45,150 nucleotides of DNA from a virus: the IMG/VR virus record IMGVR_UViG_3300000976_000009, positions 1-45,150 of that record; one strand, 5' to 3'. The notes beneath the pieces were generated by a model. It had not been told where the DNA came from. It ran no database searches and was given only the letters and a program-made list of their open reading frames with translations. Position numbers and translations under genes: made by a program. Shown here piece after piece: positions 27,424-36,503 of the stretch (position 1 is the stretch's first letter; each line of letters starts with the position of its first letter).

Positions 27424-28010
27424 TATAGGTTCCCTTTTAATAAGTTTTTATAATCCTGTGGGATATCACTTAAATCAATATTTGATAAAATGTAATTGAT
27501 AACAATCCCAATTTCTTCACCATTTAATCTATTCATATCAAATGTTGCTAAAAGTGCTTGTGCTTTTTTAGCAACGATTGGTTTTTTATATGTTGTCGCT
27601 AATTCCTCCAAGTCGGGGATTTCATTTCTGTTAACATCAGTATCTTTATATCTTTTAACCATATCACGGTCTTGACCCTTATTAGTCAAATCTTCAATAA
27701 TTTTTTTCATCTTAGTTTCAGCTATTCTATCTTCAACTGATTCACCTTGCACACGATGTCCATGACTATAAGCTGTACCACCGAAACCATAAAAATAACG
27801 GTTTGGTTGAATTGCATTCTTTGCGTGGTCATCAGTAGTCCCTTGTGGAGATGTTTCTATTTCACTGTTACTTATTGGGTTCCTATCACTACCTTCACCA
27901 TCACCAATAGGTGAACCATCAGTATCAACCAATTCATCCAACTCTTCTTTATTAGATTTTTTAGTCTTTGGTTTGTAGTTTTTTAAATCCTTCTTTTTAA
28001 ACGTTGACAT
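27423..28010 (-). CDS. Hypothetical protein, putative internal head protein
   Basis: First gene after a late motif; disordered-looking N-terminal half; IAETKMKKIIEDL. Confidence 0.7.
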   Translation of the reverse strand: MSTFKKKDLKNYKPKTKKSNKEELDELVDTDGSPIGDGEGSDRNPISNSEIETSPQGTTDDHAKNAIQPNRYFYGFGGTAYSHGHRVQGESVEDRIAETKMKKIIEDLTNKGQDRDMVKRYKDTDVNRNEIPDLEELATTYKKPIVAKKAQALLATFDMNRLNGEEIGIVINYILSNIDLSDIPQDYKNLLKGNL

Positions 28011-28024
28011 AATTATTACTTTAC

Positions 28025-28057
28025 TAATAAATATACTGAAATTCGCAATATTTATAT
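28025..28057. promoter_or_regulatory. Back-to-back divergent late promoters (ATATTTATTA minus, 28025-28034; ATATTTATAT plus, 28048-28057)
   Basis: 14 and 13 nt from the divergent ATGs at 28010 and 28071. Confidence 0.7.
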
Positions 28058-28070
28058 AAAAACATTAATT

Positions 28071-29894
28071 ATGTCCTTTAGAACTAAAATAAACTTACAA
28101 GATAATAGACAACACCATCTTCCAACTAGAGAATCACAAGATTTCTCTGGCACTACAGTATTCGGTATACCATTTAGTGCAATGACAAGTGGTCCAGACC
28201 CAATTAACTCTGGTACAACAGGTTCAATTCTTAATATAGTTAGTACATTCTCTGGTAATACAGGTACTACAATATTCAATTTTGGTGATTCAAGAATGAA
28301 TATTGCACAAGGTGTGTTTTCAGCTTTAACATCAACTAATAGTGCAACCACCCAGAATAGTGGTAATATATTTGTGGGTAATACATCCCAAATTATTGAT
28401 GGTAATTCATCTTATTTGGATTATACGGGTACATCATTTGATTTTGAAGTGACATCAATAAATGAAATATCGCCAGGTCTTTTTACTGGTTCTGGTGTAT
28501 CAGATGATGTTTTCTTTTTAACAGCTAATACATTAGATTTTACTGGTAGAACAATATGGAATGATACAGTTGGTATTAGTAGAACAAAAAAATTGATTGT
28601 ATCAGATGGTGCAACTGCTGGTTATGTACTCACCTCTGATTCAGAAGGTATGGGAACATGGCAACCTAGTGGTGGTAATGGTGGACTTAATACATTTATA
28701 ACTGGTAGTAGTGTTGATTGTGATACTTTTAATATATCATTATTCAATAACGATAACAGTAGTATTAATACAGATATTAGTTGTTTATTTAGTGGTATAA
28801 CTGGTGATACTTTTTGGTTAGCTGGTGATGGAGTTGGTTCATTTAAATCAGCTTATGGTGATGGTTTATTAGTGAATGGTACACATTCATTTGTTAGTGG
28901 AGGTGATAATTTAGTAATTAGTGGAAGTAATAGGTCATTAATAATTGGTGGTGAATCAAATAGTATTACTCGTAATGGTAATGGTGGTTCAACTGATTTA
29001 TCAATAATTGGTGGTGAATCAAATAGTATTGATAGTAAAAGTGGATTTCAATTTAGAAACAATATTACGGGTGGTATATCAAATAGTATGGAAGGTAGGG
29101 TCACTAATTCATCAATAATTGGTGGTCAAAATAATAAAATAACAAATGGTAATAATGTGGTTATACTTGGTGGTCGTAATATTACTGGGACAACATCTGA
29201 TATGGTATATGTTCCAGATTTAGTTATTGATGGTTTAATATCAACCGACCCAATCGCTACTGATGCTAATGGTAAAATTGTTGCTGGGGCATCCGATAGA
29301 AGACTTAAAGAAAAAATTAATAACTTAAATGGTGCATTAGATAAAATAAAATCTTTAAGGGGTGTTTCATATGAGTGGACCAAAGAATCTAAAATGGGTG
29401 AGGGTGTAACCAAATATGGTCTTATTGCACAAGAGGTTCAAGAAGTTATACCAGATATGGTTAGATTAAGGTCTAAAGGTGATGGTATGCTTACTCTTAG
29501 TTATACTGAAATAGTCCCTTGGTTAATTGAAGCAATAAAAGAATTATCAAATACAGGTGTTAAAACAAATAATACTGTATTAAATACACAAACAATTGCT
29601 TCCGAAGATAATAATATTGAATTAAATTATAATGGAAATCACGATACTGCATTAAATGGTGGTTTAACATTATTACATGGTGTTTCTGATGGTGTTCATT
29701 CAGAAATTAAAATCGATGAAAATGGTAGGTGGGATATTTCATCGATTACTACTGATGAAATATCCTTACCAGAATATACCCCAACATCTAGTCGTGATAC
29801 TTATGGTAAAGTAGGTGATACGGTATGGGGGGATAAATACTTATATATTAAGACCAATTTTGGTTGGAGAAGAAGTAGACTAAAAATATTTTAA
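28071..29894 (+). CDS. Tail-fibre-like protein with peptidase S74 intramolecular chaperone domain
   Basis: GYVLTSDSEGMGTWQ fibre motif; SIIGGxxN repeats; SDRRLKEKI...LRGVSYEW...GLIAQEVQEVIP...LIEAIKEL. Confidence 0.85.
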   Translation: MSFRTKINLQDNRQHHLPTRESQDFSGTTVFGIPFSAMTSGPDPINSGTTGSILNIVSTFSGNTGTTIFNFGDSRMNIAQGVFSALTSTNSATTQNSGNIFVGNTSQIIDGNSSYLDYTGTSFDFEVTSINEISPGLFTGSGVSDDVFFLTANTLDFTGRTIWNDTVGISRTKKLIVSDGATAGYVLTSDSEGMGTWQPSGGNGGLNTFITGSSVDCDTFNISLFNNDNSSINTDISCLFSGITGDTFWLAGDGVGSFKSAYGDGLLVNGTHSFVSGGDNLVISGSNRSLIIGGESNSITRNGNGGSTDLSIIGGESNSIDSKSGFQFRNNITGGISNSMEGRVTNSSIIGGQNNKITNGNNVVILGGRNITGTTSDMVYVPDLVIDGLISTDPIATDANGKIVAGASDRRLKEKINNLNGALDKIKSLRGVSYEWTKESKMGEGVTKYGLIAQEVQEVIPDMVRLRSKGDGMLTLSYTEIVPWLIEAIKELSNTGVKTNNTVLNTQTIASEDNNIELNYNGNHDTALNGGLTLLHGVSDGVHSEIKIDENGRWDISSITTDEISLPEYTPTSSRDTYGKVGDTVWGDKYLYIKTNFGWRRSRLKIF

Positions 29895-29898
29895 TTAA

Positions 29899-31635
29899 AT
29901 GGCTGGAAATATATTAAATTTTAATTCAAAAAAAATACAACTTAGATTAAGTGATAGTGATTATCATGATTTCTACCTTGCTAAAGATGAATCATGTGTA
30001 CCACAGACAAACTCACTTGATGGTGGTAGTGATTGTCTTGTGGCACACTATGATTTTAATGAAAGTGCTATATTTTCAACTGGAACAACATCAGCTAACA
30101 CAATTTATAGTTTGGCAACATGGAGTGGAGCAACAAATACTGGTTATACCTTAGATACTATAGGGTTAACTGGGATTGATAATGGTTTAATCACTTTTAA
30201 CAAAATTTCTGCTGACACTGAAAATATCGCTCTATTGTCAGCATTAACTAGGAGTGCGTTAGTGATACCATCTGGGGAAACAAGATTATGTTTAAATAGG
30301 GTAACTGGTATGACTGGTGATATTACATATCCAATGGAATTAATATCTGATACAACACCACTAGGTAACTATATGAATTTATGTGGTGGATTTTATCAAG
30401 GTTATTATAAAATTGATGGTACAACATATGAAGTATTACCTAATCGAGTTCCAAAGGCTTGGACTGCTGAGTTCTGGTTAAATAAATCAGATATTATTTG
30501 TTCTGGTATAACAGGTACAACATTAAATGATTTATATCCTAATAATAAAGGTATTTTCTTTTATATGGGTACTAGAGCAGAAAATAAATTTTGGAGTGAA
30601 TTTGAGGGGTTAAATACTGGAACAACTTCTGGGTGTACTTCTGGTGCTACAGAATGGTGCACAGTACCAAAAGAAACTGATATTAGTATTATTGATGACG
30701 ATAGTGGTGAGGCTTTCCCATTAAATCCACCATTGATTACTATAACTGAAATAACTAATCAATTTTTAATTTATGGTAGGGCACATAATGGTAGTTCTAA
30801 TTGTAATTCATTTTGTAACACAACTGGGACTGGTTTAGGAACTAAATTAGCATGCAATTTTACTGGGACTTCGATATTTGTAACTAGTATTAAAGAAGAA
30901 CAAACTGATTTTAGAAACCCATTTTTAATATATAGTAGAAGTAAAGTTGGTAATTCTGGTTGTTCACCTTGTAATTCTGGTGGTACAAATGGTGTACAAG
31001 CTTGTAACTATTCTGGAAATAGTGCACCAATAACTGAATTAGATTGGAAAAATGATGTTGAAGATAATGCATTGGGATTTATTATTAAGGATGATGGTAG
31101 TATTGGATACAGGTTATTAACTGTTAGTCCTTGCTCTGGGGATACTAAACTAAGCGGGTGTCAAATACAAGAATCATTTTCAGCTAGTGGTATGGTTGAA
31201 GATAATGAATGGACGAATATATCAATTAGATTCGTATCTAATCAAACATTAGGTGAATGTGAACTAAAAACAGAAGGACCAAGAAGTGGTAAACTAATGT
31301 TTTATGTTAACTGTAAATTAAAACATGTTGCACCATTTGATGAATTCATTGCTAAAAGGCTAGGTATGGATTGTGAGCACTGGAAGAAACAAGTGGGTGT
31401 ACCATATAATATTAGTTTAGGTGGTGGTTCACAAGGTTTATTAGAGAGTATGACTTTTGATGGTCAAGACCCAAATGATTTAGGTCTTTGTATACAAGAA
31501 AATTTCGCTGGAACATTCATTGGTAGTATATCACAGTTCAGATTTCATATATGTGATTTGAATTGGTGTGATTTAAAAGCAAATTGTGCCGAAGAATGTG
31601 AAAGGTATGGGACTTGTACTGGTTGTAGACCATAA
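29899..31635 (+). CDS. Cys-rich structural protein with LamG/concanavalin-like segments
   Basis: LVAHYDFNE; WTAEFWL; WTNISI; LMFYVNC; FIGSISQFRF; about 25 Cys. Confidence 0.65.
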   Translation: MAGNILNFNSKKIQLRLSDSDYHDFYLAKDESCVPQTNSLDGGSDCLVAHYDFNESAIFSTGTTSANTIYSLATWSGATNTGYTLDTIGLTGIDNGLITFNKISADTENIALLSALTRSALVIPSGETRLCLNRVTGMTGDITYPMELISDTTPLGNYMNLCGGFYQGYYKIDGTTYEVLPNRVPKAWTAEFWLNKSDIICSGITGTTLNDLYPNNKGIFFYMGTRAENKFWSEFEGLNTGTTSGCTSGATEWCTVPKETDISIIDDDSGEAFPLNPPLITITEITNQFLIYGRAHNGSSNCNSFCNTTGTGLGTKLACNFTGTSIFVTSIKEEQTDFRNPFLIYSRSKVGNSGCSPCNSGGTNGVQACNYSGNSAPITELDWKNDVEDNALGFIIKDDGSIGYRLLTVSPCSGDTKLSGCQIQESFSASGMVEDNEWTNISIRFVSNQTLGECELKTEGPRSGKLMFYVNCKLKHVAPFDEFIAKRLGMDCEHWKKQVGVPYNISLGGGSQGLLESMTFDGQDPNDLGLCIQENFAGTFIGSISQFRFHICDLNWCDLKANCAEECERYGTCTGCRP

Positions 31636-31643
31636 TAAAAAAT

Positions 31644-31670
31644 AAAAGGGTAAACGAATTACCCTTTTTT
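31644..31670 (+). terminator. Intrinsic terminator
   Basis: AAAAGGGTAA-ACGAA-TTACCCTTTTTT. Confidence 0.85.
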
Positions 31671-31681
31671 ATTGTCTTAAA

Positions 31682-31691
31682 CTATTTATAA
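31682..31691 (+). promoter_or_regulatory. Putative late promoter CTATTTATAA
   Basis: 16 nt before ATG 31708, immediately after a terminator. Confidence 0.6.
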
Positions 31692-31707
31692 CTAAAGAAC
31701 AAATCAA

Positions 31708-32799
31708 ATGAACTACAAATTAATACTTAGAAGTAAAAATAGTCCATTTACTGGACAATTTACAGATACCAATCTAGGTTCTGTACTTTCGCATGCAGAT
31801 TTGGATAATAATTTCATTAATGTTAAGGGTAATTTAGTATATACAGCTAATACCTCTGGAACTACCCTTACAATGTATAAAGTAAATGGTGATGAAATAC
31901 CAGTAGACCTTAGTGGTTTGGTTTCATCTGGTGACACATTTGTATCTGGTGGTACATTAAGTGGTAACACGTTGATACTAACTAGAACTGATGGTAATGA
32001 TGTTTTTGTTGAATTATCTGGATTAAGTAACGATGTTTTCTATACTAATAGTGCCGCAACCCCAACAACAATAGGGGGTATTGGTGCTGGTTCAACATTT
32101 AGTGCACAAACAATGCAACAAATGTGGGATGCATTATTATATCCATATCAATACCCAGCATTTACTGCATTTAATAGAACAAATATGAATAGTATCTATG
32201 AATTGGGGGATACTTTAATTGGTGGGTCTGAATCATTTACTTGGTCAATTTCCAATGGTACAAATGTCTCGCCTAATACAATACAAATAGTCGAAAACCA
32301 TACGGCAACTACTTTATTATCTGGTGGTGCTAATGATGGTAGTGAATTATTAGGAACAACCTCTTATAGTAGAAATACTGCTGGAACAACACTTATATAC
32401 ACTATTAGTGCACAAAATACACAAAGTGGTACGATATCAACAACTATTTCTAAAAATTGGAGGGGTAGATGGTATTATGGTATGAATTCTAATACTAGTA
32501 TTACTAATAATGATATTACTGGTGGAACTATGACAACAACATTAACAACTGGTGTGGTAAATAATTATATTACTTGGACCCCTAGTGGTGCAGAATATGG
32601 TTATTTAATTATTCCAAATTATTTAGCACAACCATCTGATTTAAAAGATTCAGTTGCTGGGTGTTTTGGTACTAACATACCATTCGTGAGTTTAGGTACA
32701 ACTACCTTCAATAATGCCTTTGGTGTCTCACAAACTTATAACGTATATAGAACAGTCAATGCATTTAACAGTCCTGTTACTGCTTGGTTATGTTCATAA
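31708..32799 (+). CDS. Virion structural / fibre-associated protein
   Basis: N-terminal GSVLSHADLDNNF attachment-like motif; Thr/Ser/Gly-rich beta content. Confidence 0.7.
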   Translation: MNYKLILRSKNSPFTGQFTDTNLGSVLSHADLDNNFINVKGNLVYTANTSGTTLTMYKVNGDEIPVDLSGLVSSGDTFVSGGTLSGNTLILTRTDGNDVFVELSGLSNDVFYTNSAATPTTIGGIGAGSTFSAQTMQQMWDALLYPYQYPAFTAFNRTNMNSIYELGDTLIGGSESFTWSISNGTNVSPNTIQIVENHTATTLLSGGANDGSELLGTTSYSRNTAGTTLIYTISAQNTQSGTISTTISKNWRGRWYYGMNSNTSITNNDITGGTMTTTLTTGVVNNYITWTPSGAEYGYLIIPNYLAQPSDLKDSVAGCFGTNIPFVSLGTTTFNNAFGVSQTYNVYRTVNAFNSPVTAWLCS

Positions 32800-32809
32800 A
32801 AATTGATTT

Positions 32810-35800
32810 ATGGCAGATTTTGGACCTTTAGGTGGTGTTAAAATAACGGGGTTTATATCCCCAACTGATACTAATGATTCATATGCGGTTATAGACCCGT
32901 TATATGGGATTGGTGGATTTAGAGTTTTAAGTGGTGGTACAACTGATTTAGATGTTATACCACAACTTAGGAGAAGAGACGGTATGGTCGTTGGTGTTAG
33001 TGGTGGAACTAGTTACTATAAATTATTACCAGAAGGTGGTGGTTGGTCTTTCACTAGTGCTGATTGGGAATTAGTTCCTTTTGGTGCTGACACTAATTTT
33101 GCAAATACTAATTTAACTTTTGATAATAATAGATTACATGATTTATCTGGTTATACACTAACGTTTAGTGGTGGTAATATTGGTGTTGATAAATTAGTTC
33201 CTACTGAAAAATTAGATATAGATTCTGGTAATATTCAATTGAATAATAACTTTGGTCTTAAGATTGGTACTAACGTTATCGATGGTGGGTCTGGTTTCTT
33301 CGGTCCAGTTAATTATTTACAAATGAGAACCGCAGCAAATTATTCAGAACCTTGGTTCTTTATGAATGGTGATGGTGGTACATCATTTGGTAAATTCATC
33401 CAATTTGCATTAGGTACACAAAATAATGATATTGGAACCACATTTATGAAGCCAGGTGTAAATGGTGGTGGTGTTACATCAAATAACCAATTAGCTATAT
33501 TAGATAATGAAGGGTTATACACTAACTCAAATTCAATGCAAAGGGAAAATGCAACTGCATTTTTATTGGCTAATGGTTCCACATCTTCACCAGTAACTGG
33601 TTCTGTTGCGGTAGCAGCTAGTGCAGTTACGATGAGTCAAGATTGGACGTTACATACTTCTAGATTAAATATTATTGAAACACCAGTGTTAAATCCAAGT
33701 ATAACTGAAATTTTGGGTAGGAATTCATCAACTGGTAATATTGAATACATAAATGCTGGTAATATTACTAGTGATACATTTATTAGTGGTATGACATTTA
33801 ACGCCAGTAATTATGATTTAACCATACATAGAAACGATGGTGCTAATTTTACTGAAAGTTTATCAATTTTATCTAGTGATATGGTTGTTACTGGTGGTAC
33901 CTACAATATATTAACTGGTGTTGTCACATTTACTAATAATTCTGGTGGTACATTTAATGTTAGTGGGTTTACTAGTGGTATGACTGATTCATTTACATCT
34001 ACTGCTTATACTATTGGTAATGAAATAAGGTTCGATAATAATGTTCAAGGTTCAAATCTATATAGTGTTGATTTAACACCAATATTAAGTGGTACTCCTT
34101 ATGAATATTCTGGTAGTACTGATATACAACCAAAATTAGGTAATAACTCTACTGGTGGAGGTGGTGGTTATTCCGTTATTAGTGGTGGATTTAATAATAC
34201 TATGAACCCATTAGCCTCATCTCATTTTATTGGTGGTGGTGGTTATAACACAATAAATGATACTACTGGTACTGGTTATGCAGTAATTAGTGGTGGTTAT
34301 CGAAATACCGCTAATGGTGGATATTCATTTATTGGTGCTGGTAATAATAATTTAATTTCTGGAAGTAGTAGTTATAACTCAGCCATTATTGGTGGTAGAA
34401 GTAATAAAATTTATTCAAATGAATCAGCAATAATTGTTGGTTCAGATAATATCATAAATGGTAGACGTTCAATTATTGGTGGTGGTTATGGTCATACAAT
34501 TAGTGGTAGTAATTCATTTATTGGTGCTGGTGGTAGTAGAAGTGGTGGTAATAATATTACTAGTAATGAATCATTTATTGGTGCTGGTGGAATTAATACA
34601 ATTAGTGGCGATACTTCATTTATTGGTGCTGGTAATAGTAATCAAATTGGTGGGTCTGAATCATTTATTGGTGCTGGGTCTAGTAATTTACTTAATAGTA
34701 GACGTTCATCTATTATTGGTGGAAATCAAAATAATATATTAGAATTAGGTGATAATTCATTTATTGGTGGAGGACAGGCTAATAATATTAATTCTAATTC
34801 TGTGTCAATAGTAGGTGGATTCCGAAATACAATCAGTGGACAAACTTATTATTCATTTATTGGTGCTGGTAGAGATAACACAATAAATGGTAATGGGTAT
34901 TTTAGTTTTATTGGTGGAGGACAGGCTAATAATATTAATTCATCACCCCATTCATCTATTATCGGTGGTAATAATAACACAATTAGTGGTCATAGTAATT
35001 CACATATCATTGGTTCAAATATTACGTCAATTAGTGCTAATACTACACACGTTGAAAGGTTAAATATTGGTTTAGCTGATAGTGGATTAACAACTGATAT
35101 GTTATTAGTTTTGTCTACTGATGGTATGGTTAAAACCATTAATTCTATTGGGGCTAATTTTGGTAATACATATTTTGTTGCACCAGAGGGTGATGATATT
35201 AGTGGTACTAGAGGTGATATACTTAGACCATTTCAAACACTTAGTGCTGCTAGAAATAAAGCAGTTGATGAAATTACTGGGAATACCGTCAGTGGTGATA
35301 CCTTAATATATGTATTCCCAGGTTCATATATTGATGAGGAAATACAATATGATAATGGGAATTATTATTTTTCACCAGGTGCAGAAGTTACTGCAATTGC
35401 TAGAGATAGTAGTGCTTCTGGGATTAGTGGTACTACATCATTATTCCACATTGGGTCTACACCACCTCATTACCCACAATATTCTGCAACAACATGTAAT
35501 ATATTTGGTCAAGGAACGTTTAAAATGCCAATTAGTTTAGATAATGACTGGAATGGTACTTTATGTCTAGTTAATGGTAGCGGTGAAACATATTTTGAAT
35601 GCCATGAGATGTTTATCCAACAAGGTGTTGGTGTTGGTCTTAGGGGATTTGGTAAAGCAACATTTAGGGGTAATTTCCTAGGGGTTGAAGAATCTGGTTA
35701 TGTTGCAACTGTTAGGGATTCTTCAAGTAGTGTTTTTGACTTTAGAAGAATATACGATAATGGTATTGGTTGGCCTTTCTTTATTAGACATGGTGACCAA

Positions 35801-36439
35801 GATGGTTTTTATGGTGATTGTGTTGTTAATGCCGATAGAATAACTGCGGCTAGTGGTTGGCAACCAATTGCTGCACTTAGGTTAAGACCTGGTTCATCGC
35901 TTATAGTTAATTGTCCAAATATTATTTCGGAAGATAATTATGCGTTAAATCACCAACAATCAACTGGTGGTGATATAATAATTAATGGTAATTTATTTGG
36001 TAATAAAGCATTAATATCTAATAGTAATTTGGGTGGTACTTTAACTATTAATGGTAATTCTGAATGTGTAAGTACCGCAATTGAAATGAATTCAGCAAAT
36101 GATTTAAATACTAAGGTCATAATTAATGGTGATATTAAAATATTAAGTGGTGCAACACAAGCAATTGCGTTAAATGATGGTATATTAAGATTAAATGGTT
36201 CTATTGAAAACTATGATTCTTCTGGGTCTGGTACAACATATAATGGGATTAATATTACTGGTGTTGGTAGGTTAATAATAGACACTTGTAAAATAATTAC
36301 TGATAATGAATCAATTACTTCTAGTGCACCTAGAGATATTAAGGTAATACATTCATTAGCCTCAAATAAAGGACTTAATACAAATATAACGAACCTAATA
36401 ACTGGTTCCAACATAATAATAGACTCAGACGTAGAATAA
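32810..36439 (+). CDS. Long tail fibre / adhesin-like protein
   Basis: 1209 aa; many S[FI]IG[AG]GxxNxI repeats; C-terminal YFVAPEGDD...RPFQTLSAA...IYVFPGSY start of a pectate-lyase-like beta-helix. Confidence 0.8.
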   Translation: MADFGPLGGVKITGFISPTDTNDSYAVIDPLYGIGGFRVLSGGTTDLDVIPQLRRRDGMVVGVSGGTSYYKLLPEGGGWSFTSADWELVPFGADTNFANTNLTFDNNRLHDLSGYTLTFSGGNIGVDKLVPTEKLDIDSGNIQLNNNFGLKIGTNVIDGGSGFFGPVNYLQMRTAANYSEPWFFMNGDGGTSFGKFIQFALGTQNNDIGTTFMKPGVNGGGVTSNNQLAILDNEGLYTNSNSMQRENATAFLLANGSTSSPVTGSVAVAASAVTMSQDWTLHTSRLNIIETPVLNPSITEILGRNSSTGNIEYINAGNITSDTFISGMTFNASNYDLTIHRNDGANFTESLSILSSDMVVTGGTYNILTGVVTFTNNSGGTFNVSGFTSGMTDSFTSTAYTIGNEIRFDNNVQGSNLYSVDLTPILSGTPYEYSGSTDIQPKLGNNSTGGGGGYSVISGGFNNTMNPLASSHFIGGGGYNTINDTTGTGYAVISGGYRNTANGGYSFIGAGNNNLISGSSSYNSAIIGGRSNKIYSNESAIIVGSDNIINGRRSIIGGGYGHTISGSNSFIGAGGSRSGGNNITSNESFIGAGGINTISGDTSFIGAGNSNQIGGSESFIGAGSSNLLNSRRSSIIGGNQNNILELGDNSFIGGGQANNINSNSVSIVGGFRNTISGQTYYSFIGAGRDNTINGNGYFSFIGGGQANNINSSPHSSIIGGNNNTISGHSNSHIIGSNITSISANTTHVERLNIGLADSGLTTDMLLVLSTDGMVKTINSIGANFGNTYFVAPEGDDISGTRGDILRPFQTLSAARNKAVDEITGNTVSGDTLIYVFPGSYIDEEIQYDNGNYYFSPGAEVTAIARDSSASGISGTTSLFHIGSTPPHYPQYSATTCNIFGQGTFKMPISLDNDWNGTLCLVNGSGETYFECHEMFIQQGVGVGLRGFGKATFRGNFLGVEESGYVATVRDSSSSVFDFRRIYDNGIGWPFFIRHGDQDGFYGDCVVNADRITAASGWQPIAALRLRPGSSLIVNCPNIISEDNYALNHQQSTGGDIIINGNLFGNKALISNSNLGGTLTINGNSECVSTAIEMNSANDLNTKVIINGDIKILSGATQAIALNDGILRLNGSIENYDSSGSGTTYNGINITGVGRLIIDTCKIITDNESITSSAPRDIKVIHSLASNKGLNTNITNLITGSNIIIDSDVE
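34150..35070 (+). repeat. Degenerate coding tandem repeats (TCATTTATTGGTG[CG]TGG; ~14-16 aa units)
   Basis: Repeated SFIGAG/SIIGG units. Confidence 0.85.
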
Positions 36440-36501
36440 TGGAAGAAAATTGTACACAAGATATGTTAGATATCTATAACGACTTAATGAACAATCAATA
36501 A
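36439..36501 (+). CDS. Micro-ORF (20 aa) MEENCTQDMLDIYNDLMNNQ
   Basis: TAATG-coupled to the upstream stop; ends 2 nt before the next ATG. Confidence 0.35.
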   Translation: MEENCTQDMLDIYNDLMNNQ

Positions 36502-36503
36502 GA

